This document shows positions 52,049 through 61,471 of a stretch of 64,000 nucleotides of DNA, in pieces. Source of the DNA: Gammaproteobacteria bacterium (lineage in GTDB: Bacteria > Pseudomonadota > Gammaproteobacteria > UBA4575). Made by a program: the position numbers and the translations under genes. The stretch is from contig CBDCUI010000008.1 in the NCBI GenBank assembly GCA_965222615.1, positions 576,001-640,000 on the forward strand. Direction: 5' to 3'. A model generated the notes under the pieces. That model saw only the letters and a program-made list of their open reading frames with translations. It was not told where the DNA came from and did not search any database. The first letter of the stretch is position 1. Each line of letters opens with the position of its first letter.

Positions 52049-52264
52049 AATAGATTAATTATGCTAAATAATGATAAAGAAGAAGTCTAAGGTCTGAGTT
52101 AGTGTAAATTGAGTGTTTGGATTAGAAGTAAGCATTTCCTGAAAGTATATTTATATGTAAAAGCATAGATTTAATCAACCAGGCACAGTAAGACACGAAC
52201 CCAAGCAGGCAAATATTCAAGAGCGTTTTTCCTCATCAGCACATCTTATCTGCGCTTTACATCA

Positions 52265-52531
52265 CGCTGAGAAGCGCAAGATATTTTCAGAGTAAGGCGA
52301 GCGGTGTTTGAGCGTAGCGAGTTTGCGATGCCGCTGGGATCATCAACGCAAGAGTAAGTGATGTTCTGCGCAATGGTTTTGGCAAGAATCGGCTATTTTA
52401 TTGGAACGCAACTTCCATGATGCGAACTCTCTCTCGTACTTCCTTGTACTCGCTATTGCCATAACAAAAGCACCTTGCTCTCGAGTGAACCTGTTGAGGA
52501 AGAGAACTGTAGTGGTGAGAGAGCGAAAACC
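52265..52531 (+). repeat. degenerate GC-richer intergenic repeat element or structured RNA
   Basis: Contains GCTGAGAAGCGCAAG and TGTTTGAGCGTAGCGAGTTT, which I recall from dispersed proteobacterial repeat elements; boundaries approximate. Confidence 0.4.
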
Positions 52532-52708
52532 GTATATCGCTATCTCTTACGAGCACGAATTGGCTTCTCTTTATTTGCCATGAATTGTACTCGTCTCGAT
52601 TGAATCGGTCGCTGTTTGTTGGATTGAATTCATGCTGATACAATTTATACTTGGTGGTACTTGAGTATTAGATATATTTTTTAATACACATTAGCTGATA
52701 AAATTTAT

Positions 52709-53239
52709 TCAATGTTTTTCTGATTCCTCTATTCCTATCTCCCATTTCTCGGTATATGTTTCAATAATTTTTCCTGTTGTCGCGTCTACTTCTACCTTGG
52801 TTTCAATTCCATTTTTCCCAATAATATCAATCTCATAGCTGGCAGCTCCATCTGCTTCAATCTCATATTCTAATTCTTCGATGGTGCCTGGGTGAGATGC
52901 AAGCGCAGTTTTAATAGCATCTTCCTCAGTAACTTTTGCATGCTTTTTGAATGCTTGTGAGTGTGGTGATTCGACCTCTGATTCTCTTTCAAAGATTTTA
53001 CTATTTGCATCGCACATAAATTCGTACTCGAAACCGTTTGCATCTCTTAATTCAAACTCGTAGATTAATTTTCCATTTTTATCTAAAGCTTCTAGTTTGA
53101 TCAGATCACCTTCTTTTTCATTCAATATATTTTCTATACAGCCTTCAATTGCCTGATCCGAAGCAAAAGCTCCCGAAGCAAAAGTTAGAACAGGAAGTAG
53201 TGACCAAAGTACCAAAGATTTTGCTAAAGCTATTTTCAT
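52709..53239 (-). CDS. lanP: lanpepsy-like double-PepSY lanthanide-binding periplasmic protein
   Basis: Signal peptide, two PepSY units (C..YEFEL..CDAN; AL..HPG..E.EYEIE.DGAASYEIDI..KVEVDA.TGKI), Glu-rich, IG.E tail; closely resembles Methylobacillus LanP as I recall it. Confidence 0.8.
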   Translation of the reverse strand: MKIALAKSLVLWSLLPVLTFASGAFASDQAIEGCIENILNEKEGDLIKLEALDKNGKLIYEFELRDANGFEYEFMCDANSKIFERESEVESPHSQAFKKHAKVTEEDAIKTALASHPGTIEELEYEIEADGAASYEIDIIGKNGIETKVEVDATTGKIIETYTEKWEIGIEESEKH

Positions 53240-53400
53240 GTTTTTGTCCTTCTGATAAAAAGCAATTATCTAGAATTAAAGTTTTTACTATTTTTCTTGT
53301 GTGAATTGTTTAACTTCACTAGGCTCACATATGTATAATTTTCTCAATATATGATGATTTTATGAAATTTGTTCATAAATTGTAAGATTATTTTCGTTCT

Positions 53401-54399
53401 ATGAAACATGATATAATTACTGATACTCAATATAAGTTAATGCCCATAATTATCCTCATGATTTTTAAACACATACTGCTTGGTGTTTGTTTTTTATTTT
53501 TCTCGTTAATAAGTGTTGCGCTGCAGAGCGCAGAACAAAATGATTGTGACAAAATTGCAAAAGTTGTTGAAATTGATAAAGGCATATATGTTCGACCTGG
53601 TCAGCATGCCATGGCATTTGAACAAAATAATATTGCAAATATTGGTTTTATTATCGGCGAGAAATGTGTTGCGGTTATTGATACGGGTGGCAGTTATACA
53701 GAAGGTAAAGAATTTGCGTGTGCAATAAAAAAAGTTACTGAAAAACCGATTTGCTATGTGATTAATACTCATGTGCACCCAGATCACATGCTTGGTAATT
53801 TAGCCTTTAAAGATACTAAAACCGAATTTGTGGGACACCATAAATTACCTCGAGCGATGGCAATTTTAGGTCCGACATATTTACAACGTGCTTCTGAACA
53901 CTCTGGGCAAAATTTATCTGAAGATCATATAGTGTTACCTACAACAACAGTGAAAGATACTCTACAACTAGATCTCGGTGGACGTATACTTTTAGTAACT
54001 GCACATCCAACTGCCCATACGGAAACTGACTTGAGTATTTATGATCAGGCGACCAATACTTTATGGCTAGCCGATTTGCTATTCATGGAACATATTCCTG
54101 TAATTGCGGGTAGCTTAAGTGGTTGGTTGAATTTAATTGAGATGTTAAAAACCTCGCCGGCTGAATGTGTCGTACCTGGACATGGTCCAACCAAGGCACC
54201 TTGGCCAGAATCTGCCAGTAATTTGCGACGTTATTTATCTAACTTACAAGTGGAGACACGTGAGTGGATTGCTGAAGGGGGCGATATACAAGGTGCGCAA
54301 AAAAACATAGGGTTAAGTGAAGCAGAACATTGGCAGCTTTTCCAAAACCACCATAAACGTAATGTTATATCTGCATTTACTGAAATTGAGTGGGAATAA
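53401..54399 (+). CDS. quinoprotein relay system zinc metallohydrolase (SoxH-like MBL fold)
   Basis: IANIGFIIG, VIDTGG, THVHPDH, AHT, VPGHG, C-terminal EWE; start may be 53458. Confidence 0.88.
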   Translation: MKHDIITDTQYKLMPIIILMIFKHILLGVCFLFFSLISVALQSAEQNDCDKIAKVVEIDKGIYVRPGQHAMAFEQNNIANIGFIIGEKCVAVIDTGGSYTEGKEFACAIKKVTEKPICYVINTHVHPDHMLGNLAFKDTKTEFVGHHKLPRAMAILGPTYLQRASEHSGQNLSEDHIVLPTTTVKDTLQLDLGGRILLVTAHPTAHTETDLSIYDQATNTLWLADLLFMEHIPVIAGSLSGWLNLIEMLKTSPAECVVPGHGPTKAPWPESASNLRRYLSNLQVETREWIAEGGDIQGAQKNIGLSEAEHWQLFQNHHKRNVISAFTEIEWE

Positions 54400-54452
54400 G
54401 CTAGATGAGTAAAATTTTGCGATTGAACGGATTTATAGTATAGAAGTCTTAT

Positions 54453-54597
54453 TAGAACCTATCTCAAAATTGAAGATTTTATGTTTAGGCGAGGCCCGAG
54501 TTTTTCGAAAAGCACAGTGTACACGTCAGTACATGAGCATTTGAGAAAAACGAGAACAAAGCATAAGCGGAAAAGATTAATTTTGAGATAGGTTCTA
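54453..54597 (+). mobile_element. palindromic MITE-like element, copy 3 (different TIR subtype)
   Basis: Perfect 19-bp TIR TAGAACCTATCTCAAAATT / AATTTTGAGATAGGTTCTA with TA ends; core AGTGTACACGTCAGTACATGAGCATTTGAGA related to copies 1 and 2. Confidence 0.82.
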
Positions 54598-54648
54598 GTT
54601 ATAATGTTGGCCTTGAGTGTTACATTTGTTCTCAATTTTGGAGTCACT

Positions 54649-55536
54649 ATGATACCAGGCAAGAATAATCCAGGACGAAAAAGTCTTTTTTGGATCCTGT
54701 TATTAACGGTTTTCACCCTATTTCCTGTATTTTCGACTGCAGCAGATGATCCCAATGCTACTTGGGATGCAGGTCTACGCCAACATTATTTTAGTGATAA
54801 AACCATTTTTGAAACAGGTGAGGTGGTTGAATTAGATGCGCCTGTGCGAGCTGAAAATGGTGCAATAGTCCCCATCAAGATTTTCTCTAAATTTCCTCAA
54901 TCTGAGGAGCGATTTATTAAAACTATTACTTTGTTAATTGATGAAAATCCCGTGCCCTGGGCAGGTACATTTCACTTCACCCCACGTAGTGGACGTGCAG
55001 ATTTGGATTTACGTATTCGTGTTAATTCTTACAGTAATGTGCGCGCTATTGCAGAAACCAATGATGGCGAATTACATATGGCAACGCGTTTTGTTAAAGC
55101 CAGTGGCGGCTGTTCCGCGCCGGTGGGTACTGATTTAGAAGCGGCTATGGCACGTTTAGGTAAGATGAAATTTCGCACAAAATCAGAACAAGGTTTAAGT
55201 GAACCTTTGCAAGCTCAATTGGCTATAAGTCATCCTAATGTTACCGGTATGCAAATGGACCAAGTAACCAGAATGTATGCGCCAGCTCATTTTGTTAAGG
55301 AAGTTAAAATAAGTTTCAAAGGAGAGCTTATATTTTCTGCTGAGACTGATATATCCATAAGTGAAAACCCTAACTTTAAGTTTTTCTTCATTCCTCAGGA
55401 AGAAGGAGAGCTAATTGCTGAAGTTACAGATTCAAATGGACTTCAGTTTTCTCAAGTGTATGAAGTAAATGATAGATCTGTTCTAGAAAAAATTACCGAT
55501 CAGGTATCTGAGGATACTAATCAGGAAAAGATATAA
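54649..55536 (+). CDS. quinoprotein dehydrogenase-associated fused SoxYZ-like carrier
   Basis: AP.RAE..A.VP, IDENP.P, VKASGGCSAP, HPN.TGMQMDQ, ISISENP; GGAG RBS before ATG 54649. Confidence 0.9.
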   Translation: MIPGKNNPGRKSLFWILLLTVFTLFPVFSTAADDPNATWDAGLRQHYFSDKTIFETGEVVELDAPVRAENGAIVPIKIFSKFPQSEERFIKTITLLIDENPVPWAGTFHFTPRSGRADLDLRIRVNSYSNVRAIAETNDGELHMATRFVKASGGCSAPVGTDLEAAMARLGKMKFRTKSEQGLSEPLQAQLAISHPNVTGMQMDQVTRMYAPAHFVKEVKISFKGELIFSAETDISISENPNFKFFFIPQEEGELIAEVTDSNGLQFSQVYEVNDRSVLEKITDQVSEDTNQEKI

Positions 55537-55572
55537 TCTTTACTAAAGTAAGTTTTCGTCAATCCTTGTAAC

Positions 55573-56076
55573 TCATTCTTCTGCTGCATTATCAACTACT
55601 CGCTTAAGTAGTGCATTAGTTTCCATGCAAATTTCCACACACCTGGAGTCATTTTCAGGCACGAGTTGAGCATCGACTTGTACTTTTCCGTTTTGTTCCC
55701 ATACGGCAATTCTGCAGGGCATAATAGTCACATATTCGGGATCGATTTCGAGAAACTTTTTTGCCGATTCTAAATTGCATGAATTTACAATGGCATAATT
55801 CGGAAAGTCAATTTCATGACGTTTGGCAATTACTTTGCCAACACTGTTAATTGAAGTGATGTTGTAATTTTCGTTACCTATAGCCGTTTCAAGATCAAGC
55901 ATAACATCATCGAAACTTTTATTTGTAGTAACACGATAACGATTCGCAGATTCTTTTACGCAATTGGTTTGCAAAAAATTTTCGGGTTGTTCACTTTTTT
56001 GTGGCGTAAGAAAAATAAATGTACTAAGCAGAGTAATCCCAAGCAGAATGACAACTAGAAGTAAAATTCGGTGCAT
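55573..56076 (-). CDS. DUF302-domain protein, membrane-anchored
   Basis: FDDV..DL..AI, C....A, MPCRIAVWE. Confidence 0.8.
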   Translation of the reverse strand: MHRILLLVVILLGITLLSTFIFLTPQKSEQPENFLQTNCVKESANRYRVTTNKSFDDVMLDLETAIGNENYNITSINSVGKVIAKRHEIDFPNYAIVNSCNLESAKKFLEIDPEYVTIMPCRIAVWEQNGKVQVDAQLVPENDSRCVEICMETNALLKRVVDNAAEE

Positions 56077-56085
56077 GTAGAAAAA

Positions 56086-57126
56086 TTAACTTGCTAATAA
56101 ATCGCTTAAAATATTGTTAATCTCTGTAAAGTCGCGTTCATTCAATCCCAGCATAGCGAAATGACCCCATAGGGTATCAATTACATGGAGTTCACTGTTT
56201 TTTATCATCTCTTGCTCATATTTGCAGTCACGTACTGGGAAAAACATATCTTCAGAAAATGCTACCACTGCAGTTTTTGCCGTAATTTGGGCAAGTGCTT
56301 TTTTCAAATCGCCCTCATAAAGTTGGCTGGAATCGCCATGTTTCCATTTGTCGGCCATAGTGAGTAGGGCATTTGGATCCATAGGCGCAAACCAGCCCTG
56401 CCAAAATCCAGTTAAAAATTCATCTTTAGATTTGAAGTCAAGTTTTTTCCATTCTTCCTGTTTATAAAATTCAGTACAGACGCCCATTAACGCAAATACA
56501 TTCGCTAGTCTACGTAGTCCCGCATCTACTGCATTTGCTTTTGTATACTCTCCATTATTCCAGGCAAGATCAGAGCGTAGGGCGTCACAGAATACATCTA
56601 CGTATAGTGCATCATGAGGAGTGCATTTTGCCGTTCCGGCAATTGGTGCGGCACGTTTTACCATATCAGGGTAACGAATGGCCCATTCGTAAGTTTGCTG
56701 TGCTCCCATGGACCAGCCTGTTACTAATTCGACACTTTTAATGCCTAAATGCTCACATAATTGATGCTGTGCTCGCACATCATCGGAAATACTTAGTTTA
56801 GGAAACTTGGACATGGAACGTGGATCAGGGGTGTTATGCGGTGAGCTGGATAAACCATTACCAAGTTGATTTGGAATGACCACAAAATATTTGTCTGGGT
56901 CCATGGCTAAACCAGGTGCCACATAGTGTTTTAAACTACCACTCGTGCCTGAAAACATTACTGGGAAAAGAATAGCGTTATCGCCATTAGAGTTTAACTT
57001 TCCATGTGTAGCATAGGCTAGTTTCGTATCAGGTAATTTCCCACCGCGATCTAATTCAAATTCACCAAGATTGAATATCTCAAAATCACCATGATTTTCT
57101 TTTGAGTAAAAGTCGTTTGTTATCAT
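56086..57126 (-). CDS. MetX-like alpha/beta hydrolase or acyltransferase
   Basis: LAYATHGKLN..GDNAIL, GNGLSSSP, GWSMGAQQ, DMFFP, WGHFA. Confidence 0.85.
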   Translation of the reverse strand: MITNDFYSKENHGDFEIFNLGEFELDRGGKLPDTKLAYATHGKLNSNGDNAILFPVMFSGTSGSLKHYVAPGLAMDPDKYFVVIPNQLGNGLSSSPHNTPDPRSMSKFPKLSISDDVRAQHQLCEHLGIKSVELVTGWSMGAQQTYEWAIRYPDMVKRAAPIAGTAKCTPHDALYVDVFCDALRSDLAWNNGEYTKANAVDAGLRRLANVFALMGVCTEFYKQEEWKKLDFKSKDEFLTGFWQGWFAPMDPNALLTMADKWKHGDSSQLYEGDLKKALAQITAKTAVVAFSEDMFFPVRDCKYEQEMIKNSELHVIDTLWGHFAMLGLNERDFTEINNILSDLLAS

Positions 57127-57170
57127 GACTATTTCTCCATTGTTATTTTTTATTGATAGTAAGTCATTAC

Positions 57171-57980
57171 TTAATAAGCTTCGTCAAGTAGCTCTCGCAC
57201 TTCCTTTTGATAATTTTTCTCCGAAATCAAACCTTTTTGTTTCATATATTTGAGTTTAGCAAGCTCTTCCTTCATCGTGCTCAGTCTATCGGAATCAACA
57301 TTTTCATCATCTGTTGTATGAAGTGGTTCTATTGTGTATCCAAGTATTAGATTTGTATCAATACTTATCCAGTCTGATCGTTTAACACCATTTATATCTT
57401 TTTCTTTTGTCACAATATTATTAGCAATCAAATTGAAATCAATTTTATTTGAGGGCACTGAGCGTGAACCAAATTGCGAAGAATCATTAATCAGAAGTTG
57501 TCTATCATTTGCAGTATTAGAGTTTTTTGGATCTTGGATTTCAGCAAATAGTAGATGTAGTTTACCATCACGCCAGAAAGCTCGGCCATGCTTAACAGCA
57601 AGATTCGCTGAATTTCCGTTGTCAGATTGAGTTTTAAACATGATATCTTGCTCAGGACTTGCTTTTGCAAGTGCACTGGATAATGTTTGGCTAAGTATAA
57701 GAATTTCGCTGTCGCCAAATAGACGGTTATTACTCCTATTTTTTTTTGGTATTTTAACCAAAACTGATGAGAGTATTTTAGAAAGAGAAAAAACAGAAAC
57801 TATTACTGGTTGGTGATTGGAAATTGCATCTTTGTTGTCTTGTGGTACAAGAGCGACAAATTGATTGTCAAACATAAAAATCAGCTTATCTTCAAATTCG
57901 CTTGACACACTTGTGGGTGTGACAATTAACACGCATAAAGTCACCACAATAATTCGGTATATTAGATGTAGTTTGTACAC
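57171..57980 (-). CDS. exported SHOCT-domain protein, paralog 1
   Basis: QFVALVPQD, NHQP, GRAFW..KLHLLFAE, RSDWI, C-terminal L..LK....GLISE..Y. Confidence 0.75.
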   Translation of the reverse strand: MYKLHLIYRIIVVTLCVLIVTPTSVSSEFEDKLIFMFDNQFVALVPQDNKDAISNHQPVIVSVFSLSKILSSVLVKIPKKNRSNNRLFGDSEILILSQTLSSALAKASPEQDIMFKTQSDNGNSANLAVKHGRAFWRDGKLHLLFAEIQDPKNSNTANDRQLLINDSSQFGSRSVPSNKIDFNLIANNIVTKEKDINGVKRSDWISIDTNLILGYTIEPLHTTDDENVDSDRLSTMKEELAKLKYMKQKGLISEKNYQKEVRELLDEAY

Positions 57981-58140
57981 AATAGCGATGTTTAAAAAGT
58001 TACCTTAAATGTAAAATAGTATTCGTTAGATGGGTTAATTGCATCTGAAGATGCGCAGTTACAGTGGACAGTAGGCGGCAAATTAAAATTCTAAGTATTT
58101 AAAATTTTTACAGTGCTTATATCTATGTCAATTACAAAGG

Positions 58141-59022
58141 TTAATATGTCTCGTCAACCAGTTCTTTAACTTTTTGTTGGTAAATTTCTTCAGAAATTAA
58201 ACCTTCTTCACGTAATTCTTTCAATTCAGAGAGGCGTTGTTTTAAAGGCAGGTGTTGATTTGCGCTTGCAGGGACAGCAATATTTACATTATTAGCGGTA
58301 GGCAGCGAATTTGTAACTGTTTGTTCTGATTCAGTTGTCTTGCCTAAAACAACGTTAGGGTCGATGGTTATCCAATCTAATCGCACTTTATTATTGTTAT
58401 CTTTATACTGAACAATACCTGGTACAGGAGCGAATACTATATCTACTCTATCTGATTCTGAAGTGCGAGAACCAAACTTGCGTATATACTTATCTTCTTG
58501 TTTTTGCCCATACACCCATTTGGTTTTATCACCACTATGCACTTCGCCAAAGATGATATGCAATTGATTGTCAAGCCAAAAAGCACGCCCAGTGTTAATG
58601 GTTTTACGTTTTGTAATTCCTCCAAGTTGTTCTCTGCCACCATGGATGCGAAATAAAATATCTTCACGAGGAGAAGCAGTTTTTAATGCCTCGACAAAAA
58701 TTCTACTTAACACTTCAATTTCATATTCTGAAAATAATGGAATACCAAGATCAGCTTTCTTGCCTCCAAATGAGAATCTGCTTCTTTTTTCGCCTACAGA
58801 TATTGCGTACAATATTTCTGCAATCGTATCTTCAGGTACTTCAGCGGGATGATCATTTGCAGAGGCAGTAGAACTATCTTGGGGTACGACAGATACAAAT
58901 TGTTCTTCTATTTGCCAAATAATTTTACCAGGTGGATTAGTCGCAGCTACACTTGAGTCATGTGCAATAAATAAAAAAATGATGACTGTTATGCTGGCTA
59001 AGGCCCTTAAAGTAGTAGTCAA
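58141..59022 (-). CDS. exported SHOCT-domain protein, paralog 2
   Basis: QFVSVVPQD, NDHP, GRAFW..QLHIIFGE, RLDWI, RLSELKELREEGLISEEIY. Confidence 0.78.
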   Translation of the reverse strand: MTTTLRALASITVIIFLFIAHDSSVAATNPPGKIIWQIEEQFVSVVPQDSSTASANDHPAEVPEDTIAEILYAISVGEKRSRFSFGGKKADLGIPLFSEYEIEVLSRIFVEALKTASPREDILFRIHGGREQLGGITKRKTINTGRAFWLDNQLHIIFGEVHSGDKTKWVYGQKQEDKYIRKFGSRTSESDRVDIVFAPVPGIVQYKDNNNKVRLDWITIDPNVVLGKTTESEQTVTNSLPTANNVNIAVPASANQHLPLKQRLSELKELREEGLISEEIYQQKVKELVDETY

Positions 59023-59120
59023 AGTTGAGTCCTTCTTAAGTTCTTATCTTATTTAAGAATACCTGGAAAGTGCATTGCTGCAAAATTATTTTCTTATTGG
59101 AAAGAGATGTAAAGCGGCAA

Positions 59121-59153
59121 TAAAAAAGGCGCGAATTATTCGCGCCTTTTTTA
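59121..59153 (-). terminator. terminator after porin
   Basis: TAAAAAAGGCGCGAA-TTA-TTCGCGCCTTTTTTA perfect inverted repeat. Confidence 0.88.
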
Positions 59154-59182
59154 TAGGGCTAAAAAGCCATGTTTTACGAAAA

Positions 59183-60433
59183 TTAGAAGAACAATATTGC
59201 ACCTAGTGCCAGTAGATCTTCTTCAGCTTCATTACCATTATGCGCTTCTGCCTCAGTTTGAGTGTACTCAGCAACGAGATTAAGTGCATTGGTTACAGGG
59301 TGATAAATACCAAAGATTAACGACTCATTGGTTTCAACTAGGTTTGTACCTGCATCTGCAGCATTGTCATCGAGGTTACTTTCTCCGAAGCTGATTCCTA
59401 TCTTTGTTCCAGAACCAGGTACTGTAAACATACCTTGGATATAGCCACCATCTGATTCACGTTCATCGCCAGTCGCATCAAAACCATCTAGCAAGAAGCC
59501 GGTAGTGCCAATGCCATCGCCATCATAGTAGTAACCCACTAAACTTACAGGACCAATATCAAACTTGGCGCCTACATCAAAGCCATCTGCATCCCCAGTT
59601 CCGACAGTTTGAAAATCAACATCTTGTTGAATATAGCTAGCCCATACTTTACCACTAGAAAATGTATAGCCAACCTTCGCTTCAATGCCATAGGTATCAC
59701 CATCTTGGCCTGCGCCAGCTGCGGTTGCACTTAATCCAGATAGACTTCCAGCACCCCATGGATCAACAAGAGCTGCTGAAAATGAAAATCCATTCCAATT
59801 TGGTGAATTATATTGCAGCTGTGCTTTCCAATCGGCATACATATAACCCACACCAATTCGGCCTAACGTAGTATTACCACCGTTAGCAGTAAGGTCTGAG
59901 GCTGTGCCCACACCAAGTAGGGTCATATCATTTAAAATGGCATCTGAAGCAAATAAGCCGAGGTCTCGTCCGATTTTGAAGGTACCCCACCTTTCTTTAT
60001 TGCCAAATTCTATGAAAACTTGTCGAAAGTTCGATGAGTTGAGACCGAGAGCACCGTCAAGCGGACCTCCCAGAGCGCTGTTCGTGTCTACGCCAGGTTG
60101 AAAACCGAGAGTGACACCGGTGTAAAATCCAGCACTATTAGTAGTTTCAGCATGAAATCCTAACCAAGAAGGCAGTAAGCCTGTTTGAACATTATTTTCA
60201 TCTGAATCAATTCCATCCGACCCGCAAGCCAAACCTCCAGCTACACCCCCGATATCTTTAGAATCACACTCTATATCGGTAACAAAGGCATTTACATTGC
60301 CACTGAATTGAATATCCACGTCACCCATTTTCATCTTCAGACCATCAAAACCATCTGCATAACTCATTATGGGTGTAGCTGCCAGTAAGGCGAGCACACA
60401 TGTACACACAAAAGAGTTTTGAAACATTTTCAT
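59183..60433 (-). CDS. Gram-negative porin, highly acidic
   Basis: Signal peptide, GLLPSW, GRDLGLF.SDAILND, GRIG.GY.Y, C-terminal ILFF. Confidence 0.88.
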   Translation of the reverse strand: MKMFQNSFVCTCVLALLAATPIMSYADGFDGLKMKMGDVDIQFSGNVNAFVTDIECDSKDIGGVAGGLACGSDGIDSDENNVQTGLLPSWLGFHAETTNSAGFYTGVTLGFQPGVDTNSALGGPLDGALGLNSSNFRQVFIEFGNKERWGTFKIGRDLGLFASDAILNDMTLLGVGTASDLTANGGNTTLGRIGVGYMYADWKAQLQYNSPNWNGFSFSAALVDPWGAGSLSGLSATAAGAGQDGDTYGIEAKVGYTFSSGKVWASYIQQDVDFQTVGTGDADGFDVGAKFDIGPVSLVGYYYDGDGIGTTGFLLDGFDATGDERESDGGYIQGMFTVPGSGTKIGISFGESNLDDNAADAGTNLVETNESLIFGIYHPVTNALNLVAEYTQTEAEAHNGNEAEEDLLALGAILFF

Positions 60434-60715
60434 CTTAATTTCTCCCTCAATCGAAGTAGTTAGTCGTTTAAAAGTCAGCCTAGTAATTTTAGGAATAAAA
60501 ACTCCTAAGCCATTGAAAGAACATAAGTATTTTTCTAATCAGCTTTTATTATCTATATTTATGTGCCGGTTTATATTATTAATACTGTGACAATGATAAC
60601 AATTTGTGGTTCATTTTCCACAAAAATATCAAATTTTTTTTTATTAGTATAAAATTTGTTGTGAAAATACAACAAATCGAGGTCAATTAATAAGTTCCGG
60701 GGGTCTTTTTAAGGA

Positions 60716-61471
60716 CTACCTCAATAGCTCGGGGTGCTTGCCGATAATCTCTTTCCTCAGATGTTCGATGGTGCTGTGGTCACGACCACGAGCATAAGAT
60801 TGCAAGGAAATTTCTTCGATAATGGTGGCAGGCTCCTGACTTAATACCACTAATCGATCTGCTAGAAATAGAGCTTCACGTAAATTATGTGTAACAAACA
60901 ACACAGCCAGTTCTTGTTTAGCGAGTTGGTTTAGCAATAAATCGCGCAAGCGTTCAGCAGTGGGTTCATCTAGGGACACAAAAGGTTCGTCCATTAATAA
61001 CAGTGGTGCCTTTACGGCGAACGCACGTGCGAGGGATACTCGTCTTGCCATACCCAATGAAATTTGGCGAGGATATTTATCTTTTACTTCAGCCAATCCC
61101 ATGCTTTGTAAAAGTGAATCCAATTCGGCAGTATGTTCATCAGGCGAATCTATCGACAGCGCCAAATTTTCACCTACAGTTCGCCAAGGCAATAACAGAG
61201 GATTTTGAAATACATACGATACTGGAATATGTCCATTTTGTATTTTCGGTAGTTGCACTGTGCCTTCATAATCTTGGTCAATATTGGCAACGATATTGAG
61301 CAGAGTTGTTTTGCCGCAACCAGATGGCCCAGTAATTACTACTAGTTCATTGCTTGCTATTTGTAAACTTATATTTTCAAGTACAGTTTTAGGTGCATGT
61401 TTTGCCGCAGCAAAACACTTCTTTCGAATTGATACGTCAAGTTGAACTTGTTTAACGCCAGCGCGTTGCAT
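60716..61471 (-). CDS. ABC transporter ATPase (NitT/TauT type)
   Basis: GPSGCGKTT, variant signature ISLGM, LLMDEPF, VTH; start may be GTG 61456. Confidence 0.93.
   Translation of the reverse strand: MQRAGVKQVQLDVSIRKKCFAAAKHAPKTVLENISLQIASNELVVITGPSGCGKTTLLNIVANIDQDYEGTVQLPKIQNGHIPVSYVFQNPLLLPWRTVGENLALSIDSPDEHTAELDSLLQSMGLAEVKDKYPRQISLGMARRVSLARAFAVKAPLLLMDEPFVSLDEPTAERLRDLLLNQLAKQELAVLFVTHNLREALFLADRLVVLSQEPATIIEEISLQSYARGRDHSTIEHLRKEIIGKHPELLR

Noticed and set aside
52398-52643. Two short overlapping ORFs on opposite strands
   Set aside because: No RBS or family motif; region treated as non-coding
54459-54755. 98-aa minus-strand ORF
   Set aside because: Antisense to the SoxYZ-like gene and reads through the MITE
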